This document shows, one piece after another, positions 32,481 through 59,926 of a stretch of 64,000 nucleotides of DNA (positions are counted from its first letter, which is position 1; each line of letters begins with the position of its first letter). A program made the position numbers and the translations under genes. The notes beneath the pieces are model-generated. The model was given only the letters and a program-made list of their open reading frames with translations, searched no databases and was not told where the DNA came from. Origin of the DNA: Neocallimastix sp. 'constans' (taxonomy: Eukaryota); contig JBODTK010000152.1 in NCBI GenBank assembly GCA_050613775.1, forward strand, positions 1 to 64,000, read 5' to 3'.

Positions 32481-34258
32481 ATTGTAAATATCTTTAATTA
32501 TATATAAATATTAATATTAAACATAAATATTTGATAATATATTTATAAAATATTTTTCAAAATTATTAATTTTTACAAATTTCTATTTAAAAATGATTAA
32601 TATTTCAGGTTTCAGTCTCATTTTATTAAAATATTTATGATATATTCTTTTGTACTTTATAAAAAATTCTATTAATAATAAATAATTATAATTTATTTAA
32701 TCTTTATAAAATTTTTACTTCGAATTAATAAGATTAAAATATATATATTGAATTATTTATTATATTTTATTTTAATTTTTTTCTTTTTCGTAAATCATTT
32801 AAAATTATTATTCTACAAATAATTTTATCGAGAATTTTTTCTTACTGAAAAAAATATATATATATATGTTATTATTTTATTATTACTAATTATAATAATA
32901 AAAGAAAAGTAGGCTAAATTTATAGATTGAAATCCATTAGAAAATTTATTTATTAAATTGTGATGTTTTTAAATAATTCAATATAAATATAAAATAAATT
33001 GTATATGAAACACTGTTTTTTTTTTTTTTTTTTGACTTTTATAAATTTTTAACTTGTATAGATATTTATTTAAAAAAAAGTAATAATATACCTTTTTATT
33101 TTTTTTTTTTATAAAATTAAATCAAAAATAATTTTACTTTATTAATTCTTTATTAATTGTAAAAAAAAAATCGTAAAGGAAATAAATGTATTTTTTTATA
33201 AATATATCTTTTTATAAATGTATTTTTTTATAAAAAAAAATAAAAATATATAATTTATATATATTAAATTTATATCTTATATATTTTATATTTATTTCAT
33301 TATTTTATTAATTTAATAATATATGAAATTATGATTAATAATTAGTTATAAACTATATTTATAATTTTAATTCTAATTAATTTTAACCTTATTCATGAAA
33401 AACATATAATATATAATAATAATATTTTATTTAAGGATTTTCTTTTTGATATTATTTACTTTTGAAATAACAAATAGTTTTTAATCAGGATTATTATTTA
33501 TAATATATTGAAATACAATAGAAATATTAAATTAATATATTAGATTATGTAAATAAGTGTATTGGTTTAAATGAAATGTTTTAAATTTTTTTAAGAAAAA
33601 GAATAGAATTAATATTTTCTTTGGATAAAAATTTTATTTATATACTATATTATATTTATATAAATATATTGAATCTATTATATTAAAATTTATATACTAT
33701 AAATTATTGAAATATTTATTTAACTTTTTATTGAAAAACAAACCAACCAATAAAAAAAATATATATATATATATATTTATTTATTTATGCTTCATTAATA
33801 TCTTATTTTCGAAGTTGGATTTATTATAAATATCTATTATTAATAATAATTTAATAAAAAAAAGTACTTTTAAAAATAGTTCAAAATTATATAACACATA
33901 AATTTTTCAAAGTACTTTTTTTTAATTATTAATTATTTTATCATTTTTAATTAATAATGGTAAAAAATTTAATCACAAATCTTAACCTAAAATTGAATAA
34001 CGTTAAATTTATTAAAGCCAATTAATATTAATAAATTTATTATCTTTTTTTTTTTTTTTTTATTTTTTATTTTTTATTTTTACTTTTTAAAACTTTAATA
34101 CAATATTATATATAAGTTTTAAAATAATAGTATTAATTAGTAATCTGATATTCAAAAAGAAAAAAAAAAAAAAAAAAAACAATTATTAATTTTTTATTTT
34201 TAAAGAAGAATTCAGTTAATATATATACATGTTAAAATTTTAATTCTTTTTGAAGGAT

Positions 34259-34511
34259 GTTTTTTTTTTTTTTTTTTTTTTTGGACTATCCCTTATAAGT
34301 CGTGATCATATTATCCCAGCCACAACAGACAATTAATATCAGACAAACTTTATAGCGGGTTTATCAGGATGACCACATAAAGTGCTCCCATGCGAGACCG
34401 TTTCGGCGTCGAAGCTCTCAGTGATGATAACAGAACACAAGATTTGGAGATGTTGGATGCAGCAAGCCACAAGCACATACACTATAACATTATTACTTAT
34501 CTACATTATTA
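34259..34511 (-). mobile_element. ~250-bp poly(A)-tailed retroposed element (SINE-like, or the 3' end of another LINE family)
   Basis: T23 at 34260-34282 (poly(A) on the minus strand), 12-bp TSD TTTTTGAAGGAT at 34247-34258 and 34512-34523, and an interior far more GC-rich than the flanks. Confidence 0.8.
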
Positions 34512-35639
34512 TTTTTGAAGGATATTAAATATCATTTTTTAGTTTTGCTTATTTATATTATATACAAAACATTATATACGTAAATACAAAGAATATATAC
34601 AATACTTTTATTCTTTTTATAATAGCAAAATAATTTCATAAAATGTGTTTAATTACTAAAAAAATTTATGGATTCGAATGTAAAAATAAGAATAATTAAA
34701 ATAATTATCATAATTAAATTAATTTATCCGCGAAATAAAGTTATTCTCTATTATTGAGGTTCTTTCTTATTACGAAAAGTATTATATATATTTCAGAATT
34801 TTTAATAATTTTAATATGAAATATTATTATTCATTAAAGCCACATTCATTAATAATTGAAAGTGTTTTCACGTGGAGATTAATGTGAAATAAATTTATTT
34901 TTAAAAAAAACCATATACATTATGTTTAATACTTAAAAATAATCACATCTTAATATTATCTTAAAATTAAAAATTAACTACTACAATTTTAAAATTTATT
35001 TTGGTTAAAATTTATAAATATATTTGAATTGATCAAAGTAAGTATGATTGGATTATATATGAATCTAGAAATTTCGAAATAAATATTATTATTATATATA
35101 TTTGTATAATATAATCAATTTTTTTATGTACAATAAACATAAATTATAATCATTAATTTTTGTACAATATGTATAATATATGTAATACGCCACTATTTTC
35201 AACGTATATTTTTATTTATTGTATTTTAGCATTAAAAAAATAAAATAAAAACAAAAAAGAATAAATAAAAGAATAAATAAGTTTTCTGTTAATAATTTTA
35301 TTTTATTTTTATTTTTTTTTAATTTTATTTTATTATTATATTTTATTATTAAATATTTTAGTAATAAAACCTTTCCATTTTATTTTATTTAAATAAAATA
35401 AATAAAATTATATATTTTATTATTAAATTTATTAAATAATATAATAAATTTTATTATAATATTAAATATTTATTATTATTGATATTAATAAAATATTTTA
35501 ATATTGATATTAATAAAATATTTTTATATTGATATTGATAAAATATATTGATATTGATATTAATAAAATATATTGATATTGATATAAATATAATTTAAAC
35601 TATATATATTCTAGTTGATTATTATTTATAAATTTAGAG

Positions 35640-36707
35640 TGTGTTTAATTCTATTAAACATTTATACCATAAATCAATGATATCATTTTTATCACATTTT
35701 TTATCAATCAATTCGGATTCCTTTTTTTTTGTATTTTTTAATGAAATCATTGATTTCATCAGTTTTTGTTAATATTCTTTTTTTTTTCCAAACTCCTTCA
35801 ATTTTCCTTTTGTAATTATTGTAAGATAAAGATTCTTCTCTTTTTAAATGATAAATCAATTCATATAAAGAAGGTTTTTTGTAAAACAATTTTTTTAAGT
35901 AATTGTTAAAAGATTCTGAAGCATTATTTGTTATGTGTTATGTGGTTTATATCGTTATAATAATTTCAATATTGAATATCATATTTATATAAATAAGTCA
36001 TATTAAAATATTCCAAAAATCTTAAAAAATTGAAATAATTATATATTTGACATATAATTTTAATATGATTATAAATATCAAATATTCAGGATGTATAAAA
36101 GGAAAATTTGTAATAGCTTTATATAACAAATAAATCTTATGATTATTTTCACCTTCATTATAACATAATTTATTTTTTTTGAACTTCTAACGATCTTTTA
36201 TAATGCCATACACAATATTTAATAGTAATATTATGAAATATTTTAATGGAAACATTGAATATACTTTTTTCAAAATCACAACACAAAATTTTTGGTGAAA
36301 CTATAATATTATTATTATATTTACTTTCATTCTTTTTTAATTTTATATTTTACTTTATTATTTATTATTTTATATTTTTAATTTTACTTTATTATTTATT
36401 TATTTATTTTTTATTTATTTATTTTTTTTTTTATTTTTTATTTTATTACTTTATTATTTATTTATTTTTATTTATTTTTTATTTATTTTTTATTAATTTT
36501 TTTTTTTTTTATTTTATTACTTTATTATATATATATATATATATATTTTTTTTTTTTTATTGTAAATGTTATTAAAATTAAAAAATAAAAATAAAAATAA
36601 AAACAAAAATAAATTTAACCCTATTCCTATTCATTTATTTTTACAAGCCACATTGTAATACATGAATAAATGATCAAACATAAATTATGTCGAAATGCAA
36701 TACTCCC
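35640..36707 (-). mobile_element. Mutator-like (MULE) transposase remnant with one probable terminal repeat
   Basis: Frameshifted minus-strand peptides SPKILCCDFEKS, IKYCVWHYKRSL and TNNASESFNNYLKKLFYKKPSLYELI match the MULE DFE, CxxH and TNNxxE motifs. CGAAATGCAATACTCCC at 36691-36707 resembles the MITE termini at 59927 and 60775. Confidence 0.75.
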
Positions 36708-36995
36708 GTGTATACAATTATGATTTAAACATACAGAAATTGTTAAATAAAATAAATAAAATATGTTTGATATATTAATATTTAATAATATTATTAATCA
36801 AAATATAAATATTATTAATTATTAATTACTAATTAAATTGAAGAAATCAAAAGAAAAAAAAATTTTTTTTTAAATTATTCTAATTTGTTATAAATAATAT
36901 ATATTTAACAATTTTTTTTATTAATAAATTTTATTATTCATAATCTCAAAATTTATAATCTATTAATAATAAATATTATATATTAAGTATTTAAA

Positions 36996-39325
36996 ATGGT
37001 AACCTATATTTGTACAAACAACGGTTGTGGAAAAAGTTATGATCCAGCTAATGTATGTTAGATAAATATGTTTATTAATCTAATTTTTATTTTGAAAAAT
37101 GTTGCAATAAGAAATAAACATCCTTTTTTTCTTAAAAAATTTTTTTTAAATGTATTCATATATATCTTGGTATATTTATATATAATGATGAAAATCTTGA
37201 AAGAAAAATTAAATTAAACTTAAAAATTATTTTAGAATATTTGATTTAATACAATAATAAATTTTGATAAATTGTATGATTAATAATTTTTAATATATTA
37301 TTATAATATTCATATAGAACAACGATACAGCTTGTCATTATCACCCAAAAGGTATAAAAATTATATTTGTAATAATATTAAAATGTTTTATATTATTTAT
37401 TTTATATTTTAGAATTTTGAATAAATGTTAATCTAAGTTTTTAAATTTTAAATATTATTAATAATATTATTAATAAGGTCCAGTTTTTCATGAAGGTTTA
37501 AAGGGTTGGGGATGTTGTAGTAAAAAAGTTACAGATTTTGATGATTTTATGAAAATGTATTGTAATCAATTAGTTATAAAATAAAAATAATATATATAAA
37601 TTATGTCAAAATTATATATATATATATTGATTTAAATAAATTATTATTATATATATATATATGTATTTTTTTTTATTGGTAAAGAAACAAAGATCTATTA
37701 TTAAACTTACTTACATTTTTTATATAATAATTAAAATAATAAAATAGTCCAGGTTGTACTGTAGGTCCACATTCAAATGTCCCACATGAAAAACCAACTT
37801 CAAAAACTGAAAAGGAAGAAGTCAAAGGTGAAGTGTCAGAACATATTCCAGATGTTGAAGTATTTAACTCAACACCAGCACCAGCACCAGCACCTGTTTC
37901 TACTAAAAAACCAGTTGAAGAAAAACCAAAAATTAGTGAAGAAGATTTAAATGATCCACCAGATGCTGTAATTCCAGTTGGAACCACTTGTAAACGTAAA
38001 GGTTGTGGAAAAAAATATGTTGATGAATCTTCAAAGGAAGAAGAATGTATATTCCACTCTGGAGAACCATTGTTCCACGAAGGAAGCAAAGGTTTGTAAA
38101 GAATATTGTAAAATATGTAAATGAAAATATAATAATATTTATAGTTAAATAATAAGTTATAATATTTAAAAATAAAAATAAAATTAAATTAATTAAGAAT
38201 ATAACATTAAAAACGAAGAATTAAAAGTAAATAATAATAAAAATAGTTTAATAATAATAAAAATAAAAATATATAATATATTTATTAGGTTGGACATGTT
38301 GTTCAAGAAAGGTATTAGAATTTGAAGAATTTTTAAAGATTCAAGGTTGTAAGAGAGGAAAGCATAGATTTACTGATGTAAAACCTGTAAATATACTATT
38401 TTAATATTATGAAATATTTATATTATTGATTTATTATTATTGTTGTCTTTAATTAAAAGGCTAATTTTTTAAAAAACAAAAAAATGTTTAATAAATTGAT
38501 AAAAAGGATGGTGAGAAACAAGAAGTAGTTAAATGTAGACATGATTGGTATCAAACTCAAACTTCTGTTATTATTTCAATTTTTGCAAAGAAGGTTGATA
38601 AGACTAAAACTACTGTAAAGTTTGAAACTGAAAGAGTAAATATCAAAAAAAAAAAATTTAATTATATTATTATTAATCATAAATAATATTATAATATTGT
38701 GATATTATATTATGTTTTTGTTAATAAAAATAAAATATAATTAATAATATTAATTTTAATAATAAAAGAAATTTAGTAGTAAATATAAATTTTAATAGTA
38801 GATGTAAAGTCTACTAGAAAAATTATAAATTTTATTAATAAAAGATAGATATAATTATAAAAAACATAAAATTAATAATAAAATTTTATTTTAAATAATT
38901 AAATTAAAATAGTTATTAGTTGATGTTGTATTCCAAGATGGAAAAATTTTTCAATTCCATACTGATTTATCTCAACCGATTATTCCAGAACAATCTAAAT
39001 ATGAAATTTTAACAACAAAGGTTGAAATAAACTTAAAAAAAGCTAATGGTATAAGTTGGCCAACTATTGAACCAAATTCAAATGTTGTCTCATGGACTAC
39101 TTTTGGAGTTGAAGTAATTATATTATTAATACTTTATAATAATATATATATATTTTATGAATTATATTATTTTGATTTAAATTTAAATTCAAATATATAA
39201 TTAATATAAAATATGTAATAATAATGCTTATTTTAATAATAAAACATTAGGGTTCAGTTGGTACTGTTGGTTCTAAGAAAATGTATGTTGCTAATGATGT
39301 TGCAGTTAACCAAATTAGAGGATAG
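36996..39325 (+). CDS. CHORDC1: CHORD-CHORD-CS Hsp90 co-chaperone (CHP-1/morgana/RAR1 family), multi-exon
   Basis: CTNNGCGKSY...CHYHP..PVFHEGLKGWGCC...PGCTVGPH, then a second CHORD CKRKGCG...[20 protein letters not shown], then the CS domain CRHDWYQTQ...TKVEINLKKA. Confidence 0.95.
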
Positions 39326-39731
39326 AAATTTAATACAAATCTAATTTTTTTAACAATTTTCAATTAAGAAGATATCTTAAATTAAAATCAGTAATATCCA
39401 TCAATAATAAAACTACTAATAATAATTTTTAGAGTTGTAATTTATAAAAAACGCACAATAATTTTCATACCAAAAAAATAAAAAATAATTAATTATAATA
39501 TTATTAGATAGGAAAAATATAATAAAAATATTATAACATAAAAGTTAAATAAATAAACATTAAATATTAAAATATTACTAATATTATTACTTTTTTCTTT
39601 TATGAATTATAAGTAATTTCATATAAGATAAATAGAAAATTTAATATTAATGTATTATTTTACATTATTAATTACATTATATAGTAAACCTTTTTATTGT
39701 TGTTATTTATATTTATGCTATTTTTATTAAA

Positions 39732-39762
<31 letters not shown>

Positions 39763-39922
39763 TAATATGTTACTCAATTTAATATAAAAATTATAATTTT
39801 TTATTATTATTATTTTAATTATTATAAAAAATTAAAATTTTGAATTTTATTTTAATTAAAAATAAAACTATTAATTTAATAATATAAAAAGATATTATAT
39901 TTAAGTATGATTTAGAAATTAT

Positions 39923-46839
<6,917 letters not shown>

Positions 46840-47683
46840 ATCAAAATAAGAATTAATTATGGATGAATAGGTTCTTGAACAATAATAATACTTATTGATG
46901 AGTATTTTTTTTAAATAAATATTGCAATGTTGTCTGTTCTCTTAATTTAACTTTTTAATGAAAGTTAAATATTTAATGAAACTTGAAATATATTAAAAAA
47001 TCAGAAACAAACAAACAAACAAACAAAATATATATATATATATATATTATTATTATTATTATTATTATTATTTTTTAAGGATTTATCATTTTTAATTAGA
47101 AAATTTTTAATTTATTTTTGTTTTTAAAAAGCTTTAAATTAATTTTATTTATTGAAATATTTATTTTATATGATTTAATACAGATTTAATTAAATGTATA
47201 AATTACTTTATTTTATTTTATATTTAAATAAAGTTTTAAAATAGTTAAAAAGAAAATAAAAACGTTGAGTAAAATAATGCAATTTATGGATTATTCTATA
47301 TTTAAAACAAATAACATTATATCATGTGATTATAATTTAAAATTATAATGTAAAATGAAAAATTAAATTAAAAGTGGACTATTCATTTATATAAATAAAT
47401 ACATTAAAAAAAAAAAAAAAAGATTATTGACAAATTTGATACTCTATTATTATATTATAATATAAAACTTTATTTTTTTTGTTTTAAAAAATTATTATTT
47501 GATATATTTTATTTTTATTATTTTTTTTTTATTATTTTAGTATTTTTTTTATTTTTTTTAATAATTTTTTTTTATTTTATTTTATTATATTTTATTTTAT
47601 TTTTACTACATTTTTTGTTATTAATTTTGGCTATTTATTTAATTTCTTCCTTATTTTTTAAAATTAATATAAGTAATTAATTT

Positions 47684-47749
<66 letters not shown>

Positions 47750-48024
47750 CTTATTTATATCATAAATATACAGTTTATTTATTAAAATTCTATTTGTATT
47801 TTTGATATAAAATTTTATTTTCTCTTTTAATATTAAATATAATATTTAATAATATTTATAAATAATCTGTATATTAAAAAAAAATTAAAAAAAAAAAAAA
47901 AATTTATTTGACTTTTTATTTGAAGATAATAATATTTTATATATAATATTTATTGAACTTCATAAACATTTATAAAACAACATATATTAAGATATATAAA
48001 ACAATTTTTAATTGTTTATTTAGA

Positions 48025-49969
48025 TTAATTAACAGTAGTACCCTTTGGCCATATACCAAGTTCTACAAAGTCATCAATAACTTCTCTAATTTTTTCTAAA
48101 GTAACATTAGGAACAATATATTTAAATCCTAATTCATTTTCAATCTATTAAATTTAATTTATTTTTAAAAATTAATTTAGTTTTTCACTTATATATTATT
48201 ATACTATATTGTTTTTATTCTATTTTATTTATTATTATTTTTATAATTTTAACATAATTAATATACCTTAGAACCATCTACACTTAAAGCATTATCCTTT
48301 AATAATTCTTTATCTAAATATGGTGTAAGTGGAGTATTGGTGACACCACTGTTTTTACAGAGCTCTGACCATGGTTGAAGATGCTTATCATTAATATCTT
48401 CAGTTACGGATTCCATATTTAACTATTTTATATAAAATTGAGAATTAGTATATATTTTCATTATATTTTCTTGTTTTTACTTTATATCTAATTTTATTAC
48501 CTTGGCAAAGTTGCTAATAAGAGCACCTTGGAAACCAGTTTTAATACCAAATATCTCTCTAATGAATACATTAATTGTTTCTTGATCTATGTTAAAAAAT
48601 ATTTATTAGATAAACCAAATAAATTATAAATTTTATAATATTTTTATATAACATATATATTTATTTTATTTAATTACTTGTATCTTCTTTATCCGCTAAA
48701 TTATAAATTTCTGGTGAAGTTACTGGTTTTGTACGTCCACCTTTTTCTTCAACAGTAGCTGAAACATGCCAAATTGCACGTACCTTATATAATTTAAAAT
48801 TTCAATTAGAGATATATATTTGTATGAAATTTATTTTTATAAATTATTTATTCAAATATTTACAACATCTAAAACGTGAACAGTATTTAATTTTAAATCT
48901 TTAGTCCATAAAAACGACATTTCCTCGTTTAATTGTCGATAAACTGCACCAATAATTAAACGTGGGGCTGTTTTATATTATAAATATATATAAATATATT
49001 ACTAAATTAAAAGGAGATAAAAAAAATTTTTTTTAATAAGTATAAAATATTGATAATTATTGATACTCACTAATTCCTAAAATATCACCTGGTCCATAAA
49101 CAACAGCTGGTCTTAAAATAACAAGATTTAAACTAATTATTTGTAAAAAGAAAAATATTAATTAAATTTTGCATATAAAAAAAAATAAATATATATATTT
49201 ATATAATAAATATATTTTACCCCTTCATTTTTATCAATTCTTCTTCGGCCTTTAACTTGTACTTAGCAATTAAAGTCCATGGCTTAGTTTTACTGTCTTC
49301 TTTACTTGGTTTCTACATTAACATTGTTAATTTAAATATATTAATTTTTATAAACTTCCATTATAATTATATTATTTTAACATCCATTATAATATGTTTA
49401 ACCTTATCTCCATCATAAATTTGAGCAGTACTTAATTCAACAAAAACCTTAATATTTCTTTTAGCTGCTTCTTTTGCACAAGTAACGGAAAGACCGTAAA
49501 CTTTTTCATCATATACCTGTTTTTGTTTAATTAATATTAATAATAAATAGTGTGTTGTATATAAACTTTTAATATTATTTTTTTTTATTATTATAATACA
49601 TACAGCCTCGGATTGACCATATTTAGTTTCTGCAGCTAAATTAAATACATAATCATATTCCGTTCCATCATCACGAGTAAAAATCTTTTCAACAGCAGCT
49701 ATTTTATATAAAAATTATATTAATATTTTACATTTTTAATAATTTATTTAATTTATTATATTATTAAAACCTGAATTAGTTAAATTAGCTTGCTTAAAAG
49801 TAAGTTTTGGACTATCAAAAGCTTTCTTATGCTTTTCACTTAAATAGGCAGTTGAAGGTAAAACCTTATCAGCAACAGTTACTTGTTCTACTAAATCGTT
49901 TTCTATTAAGTACGAACATAAATTTCTTCCAATAAATCCAACACCACCAAGAACAAGAACCTTAACCAT
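48025..49969 (-). CDS. NAD(P)-dependent epimerase/dehydratase-like extended SDR, atypical active site, multi-exon
   Basis: Rossmann motif VLVLGGVGFIGRNL, plus VFNLAAETK, FVELSTAQIY, LVILRPAVVYGPGD, TVHVLDV and YNLAD. The protein ends WPKGTTVN. Confidence 0.9.
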
Positions 49970-51122
49970 CTTTTATGAATATTAAAAATTAAAATTATTT
50001 TTTAAAATTATGTTTAGATTATAAATATATAACATTTTTTTTATTTTTTAATATTTAAATGTTATTTGCTTGTTTATTAATGAAAAATAAAAAAATTTTT
50101 TTTTATATGTAAAAGTAAATATTATTTATTTTCATATTTATAGTTGTTCTTATTTTTATTGTGAATATCTTAAAAATATTTTTATTGAATATTTTTTTTA
50201 CATATATTTATTACTAATAATTTTTAATTCATTAAATATTAACAATTTAAATATCTTATAAAATAGATTATTATAAATATTCATATTTTCGTTTTTCTAA
50301 AATTAAATAGAGAAGTAAATAAAGCACCAAATATTTATTTTAATTTTTATTTTTTTATTTTTAATTTTCGTTTATTTGTCTTTTTTACTTTTTGTTTGTT
50401 TGTTTATTATTTTTCTTTTTTCTTCTTTTTTAAAAAAAATTATTGATTATTAATTCAGAGAATTATATGAGATCAATTCAAAAAATAAGAAACATTCATA
50501 ATTTCATAATTTCTTATATATAACTATATTACATTTATAAGAATTTTATATTATCAAATTTTATTAAATTATTTATAACTTCTGTTTTATAATATTTTTT
50601 ATTTCATTTATTAATTAATTGTGTATTTACAATTATTCTTTTCTGATTTTATTAATAAAAATTTGCATTATATTGTTTTTTTTAAAAATAACATATATAT
50701 AATATATATATTTTTTCTTTTACTACTAATATATATTAGTATTTATTAATTAATATATATTCTTTACTTTTGTTTACATTTTCATTCTCTATATATCATT
50801 TACAATTTATTCTTTAATTATAAAATCTATTTGAAAATAAAAAAAAAAAAAAAGACTAAAAATAATAAATACTATTTATTATTATTACTTTTGTTATTCA
50901 GATATTTTGCTCTAAAATATTTATTTTCTAAAAAAACTTTTTAAATAAGTTATGTATTGATATTTAAAAATATTTTATATAAATTTATAAACTTTATACA
51001 AGTGCCTTTGACAAATTTACAAATATTTTTATAGAAATAAATAAGTAAAAAAAAAAATTATTTAAAAAAATTAAAAATAGTAAAAAATAAAAATTAAATA
51101 AAAATAAAAATAAAAATTAAAA

Positions 51123-51185
<63 letters not shown>

Positions 51186-53213
51186 CAAATAGGGAAAATA
51201 ATAAAATTAATGAAATTTAATATCACATAATTTAAAGAAATAATATTTCTATATATTAATCAATATTAACCTTTGAATTATATATATATCAAAAAATTTT
51301 ATTAATATTTAAATTTTATTTATTAAAATTATTTTAATAATAATAATATTATTTTTTTACTTTTATATTATTATTATATTATTATTGTAATATCAATATT
51401 TTTATTTCAAATTATTAAATTATTAAATTATATTCTTATTATTTAGAATTCTACATCTATTTTTTTTTTTTTTATTTCTATTGTCAATAATATTTGTTAA
51501 AGTTATAAAATAAAAAATAATTAAAAAAAATTATTTTTCCTTAATATATATATATATATATATTTAAATGTGATATTGATTTAAATTAGTGTATATCTAA
51601 ATATTTAAAAATTTAAGATAAAATTATAAAATAACTTTTTTATCTATTTAAATATATTTAATTTTATTAAAATTTTTTAGATTTTTTCAAATTTTTATTT
51701 TATACTATAAATATAATCAAATTTTGCATATATATTCACTTAAAAGATTATAATGAATATTTAATATTCGTAATTTTGTTAAAAATAATGTTTATAGAAT
51801 ATTTAAATATTTAAAATAACTATTAATATTGGCTATTCTGCTAATTAATGTTATAAACAATATTTATTAAAATAAAATTTCAATAATTTATATGTATTAT
51901 ACATCAAACAAAAGTAATAAAAAAAATAAAAAAAAAATTTTTAAATTGCTAATACCATATATTTATTATATATATTAAGTATTGTAATAAATAATATATA
52001 ATATACAATAAAAAAATTTTTAACTAATTTTTTTTTAAAAATAAACTATTTAATGTATAAATAATGTATTAAAATGATTTCTTTTTATTGTAATAGTAAA
52101 TTATATATATTGTTATTTATATATTCTCTAGCATAAAAACTTTATTATATATTTATAAGCAATTAAATAGATTTTATTCATAAATTAAAAATATATATAA
52201 TTTCTATTCTGGATTATATTATCTTTATTTATTATATAATTATAATTCAAAATAGAACTTTAATTATAAATCAGTTATACTTTATTTTTATAAACTAGTT
52301 AAATTTATATATATTAATAATAAGTAGTAATTATTAAAATTATTAAACTTTTCTTAAAAATTTTTGTTTAAAAAATAATTAATATTTTTTATTTTCATTT
52401 TTAAAGTTAAAAATCTATTTTATATTAAAATATTTCCTATTTTTTTAATTTATTTATTTTTTGTAAAATATAAAAAAGTAGTTAATTAATTAATTAATTA
52501 ATTAATTAATAAATATATAATTAAATAAAAATAAAATAAATATTCATATTTATTTTAATATTAGTTGTATAATATGTATAATATGTTACACAATTTTAAT
52601 ATATATAAATATTATATTTATATATATTTTTTATATAAAATAAGGACATATATTTCTACTTAACAATTAATACTTTTCAAAAAAATTAATAGAAAGTAGA
52701 AACCCAAATAAAATATGTTCATTTAAAAATATTATTTACAGTATTTTCAATTATCAAAGCTATTATAAAGTATTATAATATTTTGTATTGTGGATTCTTT
52801 TTTTATTATTATTAAATTAATATTATATTTATTTATTTTAATTCATAATAGATATTATTACTTTATTGTTTTTATATTGTAAAACTTTAAATAATAATAA
52901 TATTTTAATTTTCATTCAAAGTTAACATTTTTTAAAATTTTATCTATATACAATGTTATATTTTATTAATATTAATTTTAATGATTGAATTCTAAGGTAA
53001 TAAGAAAAAAATTTTGTAACATGATTATATAATTAAATATAATTAAAATAATAAATAAATAAATAAAACTATTTTCAATATGTTTTAAACATGTTATATT
53101 AAATGAAATTAATATTTATAAAAGTTCAATATAATTATAAGTATAATTATTTTTATTAATTTTTATTTATTTATTTATTTGCTTATTTATTTATTAATAA
53201 TTACTTAGTAATA

Positions 53214-59162
<5,949 letters not shown>

Positions 59163-59611
59163 ATAGATTATTTATTTATTTATTTATTTATTTATTCATT
59201 CATTCATTTATGTTAATTTATTATAGATGAACTATTAAAGTACCAAGAAAAAATTTATAGTAATTATATATTAAAAAAACAAATAATAAATCATATAACC
59301 AATAATATTGAGCCTTGATACAAAAAATATATTCATTTTCTAAAGATAAAATATTTTATTTTAATCTCTATCAGAATAATTTATTATTTATTATTTATTA
59401 TTTTTATATTATTTATCATTATAAAAATCAAATTATTAATTATAAATTATTTGTTTTATTAGAAATACATAAATTTTTTATTTAATATTTGTTATTATAA
59501 AATAGAGACATATCTATTTGAAAAAAAAAAAAAAAAAATATTTAATTAATAATAATTAATCATTTCTATATTGTCAATATGTTTATTAATAATAATATGT
59601 TTGATACCACG

Positions 59612-59642
<31 letters not shown>

Positions 59643-59926
59643 TTTTTTAAAAAAAAAAAATTATAAATAAATAATTAAAAAAAAAACTATAAATTTCAAA
59701 TTATATTTTTAATGTAAAATAAATAATAAAATAAATATGCATATATTGAACTTTAATAATTATTATAAACAAATAAATTATAATTGAAAATTTTTATCAA
59801 AGTTAAGTTATGTAAATGTTTTTTTTTTTTTATAAGTTATAAATATAATATATCAAATTTATTTATTTATTTAATAATTAATTAATTATTTATTTAATTA
59901 TTATTTATAAAATAAGGTAATTACAA

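Noticed and set aside
34395..34421. Minimal hammerhead on the minus strand (CTGAGAG...CGAAACGGTC)
   Set aside because: The core lacks N7 of CUGANGA and the flanks cannot form stem I.
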